Below, piece after piece: positions 36,537 to 44,550 of a stretch of DNA of 60,508 nt. Location: the IMG/VR virus record IMGVR_UViG_3300048836_000838, positions 1 through 60,508 of that record; one strand, written 5' to 3'. Both the position numbers and the translations under genes were made by a program. Each line of letters begins with the position of its first letter. The stretch's first letter is position 1. This stretch comes from a virus. Its lineage: Duplodnaviria; Caudoviricetes. Under the pieces are notes generated by a model that did no database searches, had not been told where the DNA came from, and worked only from the letters and a program-made list of their open reading frames with translations.

Positions 36537-37473
36537 TTTTCAACGACACGAGCATCTCACCGTCCGCCCTGCGGACGGTGTTACCGTTATCGTGGGCCCG
36601 TCGCATGCGGGAAAATCAGCTATCATGCGGGCAATCAACTGGGTTGTTTTCAACAAGCCTGCCGGAGCATCATTCATCCGCCATGGAAGTGAAAGCGCAT
36701 CGGTTGCAATCGAAACAGACAAGGGAACAGTTACACGAACCAAGAGCACCAAGGGGAAAAATGAATACCGAATTGATCTTCCTGATTGCGATCCTATCAT
36801 CCTTACTGGCTTCGGGCAGAATGTACCATCGTCAGTGGTTGACTTCTTCGAGCTGGAAGAAATCAACTTCCAGCCGCAGATGTCGCTCCCTTTTCTGATT
36901 TGCAGTAGCGGTGGTGAGGTTAGCAGAAAGCTCAACCAGATTGCGAATCTCGACAAGATCGACACCACCCTTGCTGAACTTGGGCGCATCAGCCGCCAGG
37001 TTACACAGGGCCTTACCGGTGCTCGTGGCCGGATGGATTCGGCCTTCGCTATCGTTAAATCACTGACGTGGCTCGATAACGCCGAAGCAAAGCTGGTTGA
37101 TCTTGAGAAGACCGCGGCCGCAGTTCGGGCCTTACATACACAAGAAGCGGAGATTATCAAAGCTGTTGAAGCGTTCCGAAAGGCAACCAAGATCCCGATT
37201 GAGGAATACCAGCAAGCTGTGGCACAATTCAAGGCGGCCTGTGAGAAGGGTGTACGGATTCAAGAAGAAGCAAAAGACCGAGAACGTCTTGTTGAAACGT
37301 ACAACCAATTAGTTGCGGCACTTGACAAGATTGACACCGCCAAAGCCGGGCTGGCAGGAGCGACGGCACGCGCCGCCGAAGCACAGAAAGCCTACGAAGA
37401 TGCGTTTCCTGAAATCTGCCCAATCTGCGGCAGCTCTATGAGAGGTCCAAATGCGATTCATGCTCACAGCTGA
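36511..37473 (+). CDS. SbcC/Rad50-like ATPase, N-terminal half
   Basis: IKRIELRNFQRH, Walker A GPSHAGKS, Q-loop and coiled coil, ending in CPICG. Confidence 0.85.
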   Translation: MIKRIELRNFQRHEHLTVRPADGVTVIVGPSHAGKSAIMRAINWVVFNKPAGASFIRHGSESASVAIETDKGTVTRTKSTKGKNEYRIDLPDCDPIILTGFGQNVPSSVVDFFELEEINFQPQMSLPFLICSSGGEVSRKLNQIANLDKIDTTLAELGRISRQVTQGLTGARGRMDSAFAIVKSLTWLDNAEAKLVDLEKTAAAVRALHTQEAEIIKAVEAFRKATKIPIEEYQQAVAQFKAACEKGVRIQEEAKDRERLVETYNQLVAALDKIDTAKAGLAGATARAAEAQKAYEDAFPEICPICGSSMRGPNAIHAHS

Positions 37474-38452
37474 TTGGCACCTTCGCGATGATGCGCCGCC
37501 TTGTCGAACAGATGACTTCGTTTCGGCACAGGCCAGAAAGATCCACTACCTGTTTGCGCTTGCAGAAGAGCAACGGTGCGATGGGATTATCATCGCAGGG
37601 GATCTGTTTCACCGCGCCCGGCCTTCCTTTAATACACTCAATTTGGCTGTGACGTTACTCGGCCAAGCGCCGTGTCCTGTTTACACCGTGGCGGGCAACC
37701 ATGACCTGCCTGCGCATTCCTTATCTCTCATGTCAAATAGTGCCTACGGAGTCCTTGCCGCCGTTGGCGTAGTGCACCATTGCAGCGCCAAATCTGCAAC
37801 GAAATTCCCACAGCTTTTTGGAGCTTCCTGGGAGGAAGAGCTGCCATCCTGTGAAGACGGGCAAGGAATCGGCATTGCACACACTATGATTCTCCCTTCT
37901 TCTGAAGCTGTATTTGAAGGAGAGCCGATTCGGCACTTCGCTCGACGCCATGTTGGGTACCAGTTAATCGTCGTCGGCCACCACCATGCGACGTTCACAT
38001 TTGAGGGAATCAAGGGAAAGGTCCCAATGGTGGTGAGTCCGGGCGGCATCACTCGCCAAACTGCTGACGAAGAAAATAAGACCCCGTGCGTGTTCATCTA
38101 CAATACCGACAGTAGAAAGCTCTCTCAGCATGAGCTGCCGCATGAAGGCGGAGTTGTTTCACGGGAACACATTGACCTCATTGCACGGAAAGAGAGCAGG
38201 GTGTCGAAGTTCGTGGAGATGCTCGGCCAGCAGGTGGGTGAAAGCGGAACCAACTTTGAAGAAAATCTTATCACCGCAGTCGAGAATCCGTCGGTGCCTC
38301 GTATAACAAAGAAAATGTGCATCCATGCACTTGAAGGAGTTCCTTATGTCGTTGGAAGAAACGCTAGCGAAGCTGAAGAGGAAAGCGGAAGAAGCGCAAA
38401 ACGCAATGATCCGCCAGCAAGCACAACTCGAGTACGCACTCGAAGGACTTAA
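37451..38452 (+). CDS. SbcD/Mre11-like nuclease
   Basis: TADWHL, IAGDLFH, VAGNHD, AH, VGHHH and SPG. Confidence 0.88.
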   Translation: MRFMLTADWHLRDDAPPCRTDDFVSAQARKIHYLFALAEEQRCDGIIIAGDLFHRARPSFNTLNLAVTLLGQAPCPVYTVAGNHDLPAHSLSLMSNSAYGVLAAVGVVHHCSAKSATKFPQLFGASWEEELPSCEDGQGIGIAHTMILPSSEAVFEGEPIRHFARRHVGYQLIVVGHHHATFTFEGIKGKVPMVVSPGGITRQTADEENKTPCVFIYNTDSRKLSQHELPHEGGVVSREHIDLIARKESRVSKFVEMLGQQVGESGTNFEENLITAVENPSVPRITKKMCIHALEGVPYVVGRNASEAEEESGRSAKRNDPPASTTRVRTRRT

Positions 38453-38594
38453 CCAGCTTGGATACAAATCGGTTGAAGAAGCGGAGCAAGCACTGGAGCA
38501 CCTGGATGAGTCAATCGAGCACCTCGAAGAAACACTGAAAGTGAAGGAGGATGAATTTGATGCTGAATTTGGACATCTCCTTCAGAGCTCTTGA
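38346..38594 (+). CDS. Small coiled-coil protein
   Basis: 82 aa with a heptad pattern and an AAGGAG RBS, between SbcD and the SbcC C-half. Confidence 0.6.
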   Translation: MSLEETLAKLKRKAEEAQNAMIRQQAQLEYALEGLNQLGYKSVEEAEQALEHLDESIEHLEETLKVKEDEFDAEFGHLLQSS

Positions 38595-39141
38595 TCGCCT
38601 TAAGGGCAAGAGAGCGGCTGCACAAGAACAAGTAGCAGCAGCCAAGGCTGAAATCCGGGCGCTGCTACAAGAACAAAAGGCTGCAGAACAGGCAGTGGTG
38701 CTAACCCAGCAGGTCGCCAGAGAGACCCAGAAGCACCTTGAATTTAAGGTGTCCGCACTATCCACCATGGCGCTCACTTCTGTCCTGGATCGCGACATTT
38801 CACTTTCACTGGAATTTAGTGAGAAACGAGGCAAGACGGAAGCTGAATTTGCCATCATCGAAGAAGGGATGTCGCTGCCGCCCGAAGACCACGTTGGTGG
38901 GGGCGTTATCGATCTCCTGGGACTCTCACTCCGGTTTTCTATTTGGTCTATCATGGCACAGCGAACAGCTCCTATCTTCTTCCTGGATGAGCCGCTTAAG
39001 TGGCTGAAGGGTGGCGGCATGCCTGAGAAAGGGCAAGAACTCATTTCCCAGATCGCGCAGCAGCTCGGTGTCCAGATCATCATGGTCAGTCATGCTCCTG
39101 AACTCATTGCTGGCGCAGATCATACTGTGGTGGTTGAATGA
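38551..39141 (+). CDS. SbcC/Rad50-like ATPase, C-terminal half
   Basis: Signature-like VGGG, Walker B FFLDEP and H-loop MVSH. Confidence 0.85.
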   Translation: MNLMLNLDISFRALDRLKGKRAAAQEQVAAAKAEIRALLQEQKAAEQAVVLTQQVARETQKHLEFKVSALSTMALTSVLDRDISLSLEFSEKRGKTEAEFAIIEEGMSLPPEDHVGGGVIDLLGLSLRFSIWSIMAQRTAPIFFLDEPLKWLKGGGMPEKGQELISQIAQQLGVQIIMVSHAPELIAGADHTVVVE

Positions 39142-39231
39142 TGGTCATTATCATGTACGGGATTGCCGTATCCGTTGCACTACTCGTGCTCGCAGCAACT
39201 CCTGCCGAGCGCCGGAAATCAAGGAGGAAGA

Positions 39232-39807
39232 ATGATTCCTGTAATCGGAATAGCAGGGAAGATGGGAACAGGGAAAACAACCACCGCAGAGATCCTCAGA
39301 AACAGGTGCCTTGGTGTCATCCTTAGTTTTGCCGATGCACTCAAAGCAGAAGCAGCTATGCGGTACAATTTCAACCGAGACCTCACATACAGCCAGGAAG
39401 GAAAGAACACCTGCATCTGTCATCCAGATCTTCCAACGGGCGTCTTATCGGTGAGAGAGATCCTTCAATACTATGGCCATAGTAAGCGCCAAGAAGATCC
39501 GCTCTATTGGGATCGAAAAGTTGAAAACCAGATGTCCGAAATGATCCGCCTCGGCGCGTCGATGGTAATCATTGATGACGTTCGACATCCTTCTGAATGT
39601 GAGATGATCCGGACAGTGTTTGGCGGGTTTCTTTTCCGCCTGGAACCGTACCCAAGCTGGACAGCCGGCCCGCACGCTCGCCACCATTCTGAAATCGCGC
39701 TCGACGAATATCAGGAGTGGGACGAGGTGTATCAGCCGGCGTTTGGAGATCTTGATACCGTTGCCACTTCCATTTTACTCCACCTACAGAAAAGGAGAAT
39801 GATATGA
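39232..39807 (+). CDS. Deoxynucleoside monophosphate kinase
   Basis: IGIAGKMGTGKTT, SFADALK, REILQYYG, IIDDVRHPSE and HHSE. Confidence 0.85.
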   Translation: MIPVIGIAGKMGTGKTTTAEILRNRCLGVILSFADALKAEAAMRYNFNRDLTYSQEGKNTCICHPDLPTGVLSVREILQYYGHSKRQEDPLYWDRKVENQMSEMIRLGASMVIIDDVRHPSECEMIRTVFGGFLFRLEPYPSWTAGPHARHHSEIALDEYQEWDEVYQPAFGDLDTVATSILLHLQKRRMI

Positions 39808-40001
39808 CCCTTGATCTTGCAGCTGCACGTGCCCGGAAGAAAGAAGCAGAAGCAGCCATCACCGCAATCCTGCAGGAGCTCTGCGAAGAGCTTCGCCCTG
39901 GTAACGTAGGCATGGAACTAAATGTGTCTCGCCTTGAGCAACGGGGTGAGGATGCTCCTGTGAGCATCATGTTTCATGTTAAAATCACTTGCGAGGTGTA
40001 G
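39804..40001 (+). CDS. Hypothetical protein
   Basis: 65 aa; its start overlaps the previous stop. Confidence 0.55.
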   Translation: MTLDLAAARARKKEAEAAITAILQELCEELRPGNVGMELNVSRLEQRGEDAPVSIMFHVKITCEV

Positions 40002-40002
40002 A

Positions 40003-40656
40003 ATGCGAATTGCTGATCCTTTCTTCGACATCATCCAGCTGCCAGCTCCAGATGTGCTTGAGCTCATCGAAAGCATTGGTCGAGTTTGCTACAAGTCCGA
40101 GGACAAAATGGTGCCAGGTACTGCCCAGCCGTTTATTGCGCGCATTCTCTCGTCAGGGCATGAGAGTGTTATTGAGCATGCATCCATCACTGTGCGAATT
40201 ATTTGTGACCGCGGAGTGACCCACGAACTGGTGAGACATCGTCTTTGCTCTTTCACCCAGGAGAGTACCCGATACGCAAACTACGCGCACGATCGGTTTG
40301 GGAATGAGATCACGGTGATCCGTCCGTATTTCTTCGAAGAAGGGTCGTTACGCTACTTGTTATGGGAAGCTGCCATGCTCGCTTGCGAGCGCGCATATCT
40401 CGATCTTGTGAAAACAGGAGCCACAGCGCAGGAAGCACGTAGCGTTCTGCCCAACAGCCTGAAGACTGAAATAATTATGACGGCCAACATCCGGGAGTGG
40501 CGCCACATCTTCAAGCTCCGTTGTGCAAAAGCAGCGCATCCGCAGATGCGAGAGATCATGCTGCCGATGCTGGCTGGCTTCGCTGCCAAGGTGCCTTTCA
40601 TTTTCGACGATATCTTGAAACGACATCTGCAGGAAGAGGCAGAAACTCGCGTATGA
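40003..40656 (+). CDS. thyX: FAD-dependent thymidylate synthase
   Basis: GHESVIEH, ThyX motif RHRLCSFTQESTRY, ARSVLP and LRCAKAAHPQMR. Confidence 0.95.
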   Translation: MRIADPFFDIIQLPAPDVLELIESIGRVCYKSEDKMVPGTAQPFIARILSSGHESVIEHASITVRIICDRGVTHELVRHRLCSFTQESTRYANYAHDRFGNEITVIRPYFFEEGSLRYLLWEAAMLACERAYLDLVKTGATAQEARSVLPNSLKTEIIMTANIREWRHIFKLRCAKAAHPQMREIMLPMLAGFAAKVPFIFDDILKRHLQEEAETRV

Positions 40657-40904
40657 TCCTCAACGCGCAGCAACTAACAGCTCTGCGACAGCGCAATGAC
40701 ATGGAATTGTCCAAAGGGGCCAGGAGCTCTCACGGCTATCCAAAGGAAACGATTCGGGACCTGTTACAGACCATAGACGAGCTGCGGGGGCAAAAGAAAA
40801 AGTGGCAGCGGGTTGCTACCCATCGTGGGGAATTGCTGGAAAAGATTTCTAACATGGCCGGACTTGGTATGCTGTCCGGAGAGGTGTGTGATGAACCGAA
40901 ATAG
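40653..40904 (+). CDS. Hypothetical protein
   Basis: ATGA overlap with the thyX stop; 83 aa. Confidence 0.55.
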   Translation: MILNAQQLTALRQRNDMELSKGARSSHGYPKETIRDLLQTIDELRGQKKKWQRVATHRGELLEKISNMAGLGMLSGEVCDEPK

Positions 40905-41079
40905 ATGCAAGGCATGTGGTCGCTTCATAACGATACAAGATGCGAGTGATTTGTATCCTGATCTGTGTGTTAGTTGTGAGGACAAGCGCAAAGCAAAGTA
41001 TACACGAATCTTGGCTGTAGTAGTTTTTGCGGCGTGGTCTATCAGCGTGGTTCTTGTAACTCTCTGGCTTAGGTCCTAG
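40891..41079 (+). CDS. Small Zn-finger membrane protein
   Basis: CKAC...CVSC plus a C-terminal hydrophobic helix; GAGG RBS. Confidence 0.5.
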   Translation: MNRNRCKACGRFITIQDASDLYPDLCVSCEDKRKAKYTRILAVVVFAAWSISVVLVTLWLRS

Positions 41080-41087
41080 GAGGTCGT

Positions 41088-41660
41088 ATGCGGGTAGATT
41101 TTGACAGACGCAAGTACCTGGCTTTTGAAGAAGTATTCGAAACCCGGCAGCTGCAAGATGCAAACAAAGAGTGCAGTGAATTCAACGGAGACAGCGACGA
41201 CCTGGCTTTCGAATTGGCCTACACACGATACGCCCTGGCCAAGGCAGAAAGGACCCTGGACCGTTTCCGGCACAAATGCCTGTTGGTAGAAGACGAGAAT
41301 GCCGAAATGCATTCCAAGCTCGGCCGGCTCTCTGTCTGGTCCGTAGACATGATTGACATGCTGACCAAGGCACTTGGGGCCGATCCTGTGGGCACTTGGA
41401 CTGCTGGCATGGATGACTCCTTACACTCGGAATTACGGCAGGCCGCCCGCCAGTATGGAGGCATGAACAAGGACCAGAAAACCCTGGCCTTTGAAGAATT
41501 CGTGGACGCCATAGAATGGGTCGGGCAGTGTGAAGACTTTTGGAAAGCGCATTCCCCGGTCGAGGACACTGCCTTTTGGCGCTGCTGGGAAACCACCATG
41601 GATGAGGCTTTGCAACACCACGACCAAGCCTATGAAAAGGCCATGGCGTTTTACAAATGA
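41088..41660 (+). CDS. Hypothetical protein
   Basis: 190 aa with an AGGAGG RBS. Confidence 0.65.
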   Translation: MRVDFDRRKYLAFEEVFETRQLQDANKECSEFNGDSDDLAFELAYTRYALAKAERTLDRFRHKCLLVEDENAEMHSKLGRLSVWSVDMIDMLTKALGADPVGTWTAGMDDSLHSELRQAARQYGGMNKDQKTLAFEEFVDAIEWVGQCEDFWKAHSPVEDTAFWRCWETTMDEALQHHDQAYEKAMAFYK

Positions 41661-41700
41661 AATAACAGGCTGCTTGTCATATCAGGCAGCCTGTTATTTC
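41659..41700. terminator. Probable bidirectional terminator near the convergence of the two arms
   Basis: 15-bp inverted repeat GAAATAACAGGCTGC / GCAGCCTGTTATTTC. Confidence 0.75.
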
Positions 41701-41721
41701 ATTACTCAAAGGAGGGCAGGT

Positions 41722-41913
41722 ATGGATAAAAAGACCCCCGAACAACAGGCCCGCGAAATGCTCGACCGCATGGGCGTTGACGGAGCCCTCGAAATGTCCG
41801 CTGGAGACGTTGGCGAGGTGGCGCAGGTTATCGCGGAACGTGGCGCATTTGCGGCAGCAATTATCAGCGGGAAAATCTCCGATGAAATCAAGTCATTAGC
41901 CAACTGCGTCTAA
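41722..41913 (+). CDS. Hypothetical protein
   Basis: 63 aa with an AAGGAGG RBS; last gene on the plus arm. Confidence 0.5.
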   Translation: MDKKTPEQQAREMLDRMGVDGALEMSAGDVGEVAQVIAERGAFAAAIISGKISDEIKSLANCV

Positions 41914-41914
41914 C

Positions 41915-42169
41915 TCACACCGCCACATACCTGACCCGAGGCGCACTCCCCGCCGCGCCGCCGATGATCTGTGCTGACGACAAATTGCCGCCCGGAATCG
42001 CCACGCTGACCATCTGGCCGACCGCGTAGGGGGTGGACGTCGAAACCAGCACGGTCAGGTCTGGCCTGATCCGGACGGAGACAGAGCCGACGCCGACAGC
42101 GACCACGGGACCGGTGGCGATCTCGGGGACTGGGCGGCGGGGGAGGATGGATGAGGGAGTGATGGGCAT
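41915..42169 (-). CDS. Small tail-associated protein (OB-like)
   Basis: 84 aa Val/Gly-rich ORF with an AGGAG RBS; last gene of the tail operon. Confidence 0.55.
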   Translation of the reverse strand: MPITPSSILPRRPVPEIATGPVVAVGVGSVSVRIRPDLTVLVSTSTPYAVGQMVSVAIPGGNLSSAQIIGGAAGSAPRVRYVAV

Positions 42170-42181
42170 GGTTGGCTCCTA

Positions 42182-44095
42182 TTATGCCGGGCGCAGGGCG
42201 AGGCTTGCTGCGCACCAAGCGCGGGCGGAGCTTGTTGATGCTACTGTCCAAACTGCTGGATCAATAGCCCCGTCGCCGTCAGTCCAGACTCGATTTGCCA
42301 TGCCGACAGTATACGCATAGCTCCAGCTCCCTCCGCGTATTATGGCATTGCCGAATCCTGTCGGTGCTGCTGGCGACAATGGAGCGCCAGACCCGGCTGA
42401 TACGCAAATTACCACCGCATTGTCAGTTACAGGAGTTATTGCGGGAGGATTGGCGTTTGTATTGCCTGCGCCCGTTGCAGTCTGGATAGGGACATCAAGC
42501 ACGATACTTGCAACGCCTCTAAATGTATATGCAACTGCCGCCGCAGGATAATTATTAACTGTCCCGACAGCGTTTATTTCTGCCGTCGTTTCATCAGCTC
42601 CAACAAATTTGTATGATATCCCGAGGTTTGCATCATAAGTGCCGTTTCCGAAAAGGTCGGAAATTTTTGTCCAACCAGAGGACAAAACCGTCGGGCTGAG
42701 GTCTCCGATGGAAACAAACCCATGAGCTATAAGAACCAAATCACCTGCTTGCGTTCCTGCGGGCAAACTGAGCGTGTACGACGCAGCCGTGCTTTGCTGT
42801 ATATGATTGCTCGATGACCCTATATACGTGATTTCACCAGTACCAACTGGTGCCGCACTAACAGTTACGGTTAATGTGCCCTCGTCGTTTGCCACGCCAT
42901 CAGACACATGATATGATATACTTGTCGTGGCAGTTTCGTCGCCTGTCAGCGAGTCAAAATCTCCGGCTGGGTCAAAAGTCCACGCGCCATCGCTGGCAAT
43001 TGTGAACAAACCACCAGATGAACCTGATACGGCAACGCCAACATTGGATGATGACCCGCCCACCGCAGACACTGACAGTGTATCCCCGTCAGAATCTGTA
43101 TCATTTGTGATCACGTTGCCACTGGTTGTCGTATCAGCCGCAACGGCCCCCGTATCATTTACTGCTACGGGCGCTGCGTTCGCACGGGATACGATAACGG
43201 TTATTTCCGCAGTGGCTTCACTCGTTCCATTATTTGCATGGTAGGTAATGCTTGTCTCGGCAGTATCCAGCACTCCAAGCAACCCAAAGTCACCATCAGG
43301 GTCAAACGACCATGCCCCGTCAGCACTAACTAGGAACAACCCGCCATTATCACCTTCAACCTCCACTCCAATGTTTGACGCAAAGCCATTGACCGCCACA
43401 ACGGTAAGGCCAGGCTCGTCATTTGCAAGCACGTTGCCACTTGTCCCGACTAAATGCGTGGTCGCCCCTGTATCATCTGCAACTATCGGCAACTCGGGCG
43501 CAACATAAGCCTCGGGAGCAATCGCCACATGCCGCCGGATAACTGCCTGTTCTGGCATTCCGTCTGGGGTGGCCGTCCATGTGATAGACTCGACCTGTCC
43601 AACCACCGCCACACCGTCCACGGGCACACTGGCCACGTCACCCAGGCTAGCCCCGAGCCCGAGCGGACAGGTCGCGGTCACGTCATCTCGGTAATGCGCG
43701 GCCTCATCTATCGCAGCTGTTGCTCGGGCCAGCCCCATGTCATCATCACCATAGACAGGGTGGATCTCGTCTGGGAGGTCCACTGCTGGATTGATACGGA
43801 TCTCGCGGTGTGCCTCAGTACCTACTGTCGTCAGGAGCAAGTGCCAGCCAAGGTCAGCGTCAACCATCTCAATAATTTGTCCGCTTTGCGGGGTCAGGAT
43901 ACACGGTTGCTCTGTGCCGACCAGGGCCGCCCCTGTCGCCACCAAAATATTGTCCTCATCAAAAAGCAGGACGCCGGAGGACGCCGCACTTGGAAAGAGG
44001 TGTAGTGTATAAGCAACATTTGGCGCAACATTCCACCCGCTAATGAGGGTGGCGTCATCTTGGGCCGTCGCGTTGACTCGGTGCGCTCTAATCAC
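42182..44095 (-). CDS. Tail fibre/receptor-binding protein with two tandem Ig/cadherin-like (VCBS-type) domains
   Basis: Repeated P(I/V)A..D...TSGNV..ND...GGLF...DGAW.FDP.GDF...TSI.YH. C-terminal domain LPAGTQAGDLVL. Confidence 0.7.
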   Translation of the reverse strand: MIRAHRVNATAQDDATLISGWNVAPNVAYTLHLFPSAASSGVLLFDEDNILVATGAALVGTEQPCILTPQSGQIIEMVDADLGWHLLLTTVGTEAHREIRINPAVDLPDEIHPVYGDDDMGLARATAAIDEAAHYRDDVTATCPLGLGASLGDVASVPVDGVAVVGQVESITWTATPDGMPEQAVIRRHVAIAPEAYVAPELPIVADDTGATTHLVGTSGNVLANDEPGLTVVAVNGFASNIGVEVEGDNGGLFLVSADGAWSFDPDGDFGLLGVLDTAETSITYHANNGTSEATAEITVIVSRANAAPVAVNDTGAVAADTTTSGNVITNDTDSDGDTLSVSAVGGSSSNVGVAVSGSSGGLFTIASDGAWTFDPAGDFDSLTGDETATTSISYHVSDGVANDEGTLTVTVSAAPVGTGEITYIGSSSNHIQQSTAASYTLSLPAGTQAGDLVLIAHGFVSIGDLSPTVLSSGWTKISDLFGNGTYDANLGISYKFVGADETTAEINAVGTVNNYPAAAVAYTFRGVASIVLDVPIQTATGAGNTNANPPAITPVTDNAVVICVSAGSGAPLSPAAPTGFGNAIIRGGSWSYAYTVGMANRVWTDGDGAIDPAVWTVASTSSARAWCAASLALRPA

Positions 44096-44550
44096 AGGGC
44101 CTCCTTGCTGACCATATCAACACCCCCGCAGACGCATGTGTATCGGTGACGGTAGCCGAGTTTTCCGGCGGCACATTTTGGGCAAACGGCGGTGTGTTGA
44201 AGGGCGTCACCGCATTTTGGACAGACCATTTTAGACAGGGTTTCAGACCCGACCACGCTTCTAGTTTCGGAGTCCGGTTGCCGCTTTTTTACCACATCAA
44301 AGGCTTGAGCCAACCGCTCTGCGTGAACATCCGGGCGCAAAGCCCATGACCGCTCTCCCATGGATATGGCCACCCGGCCATCTGACATCAAACCCGGAGC
44401 AGCTTGAACAGGCTCAAAGCCTGACGCCACCATTTGTCTGGCCAACGTGTTTTTCCGTCCGAGCGCATCGCGCATCCTAGCAATATACGCACGCCTTACA
44501 TCAATTTCTGGACATCGCGACATCAGTGACAATAATTTTTGTAGCATCAT
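44092..44550 (-). CDS. Zn-ribbon protein in the tail module
   Basis: CPKC...CPKC...CVC; overlaps both neighbours by 4 nt. Confidence 0.6.
   Translation of the reverse strand: MMLQKLLSLMSRCPEIDVRRAYIARMRDALGRKNTLARQMVASGFEPVQAAPGLMSDGRVAISMGERSWALRPDVHAERLAQAFDVVKKRQPDSETRSVVGSETLSKMVCPKCGDALQHTAVCPKCAAGKLGYRHRYTCVCGGVDMVSKEAL

Noticed and set aside
12034-41913. Lysogeny module (integrase, CI repressor, ParAB) or tRNA genes
   Set aside because: None was recognisable by motif, so lifestyle cannot be assigned from the sequence alone. A tRNAscan/HMM run would be needed to be certain.
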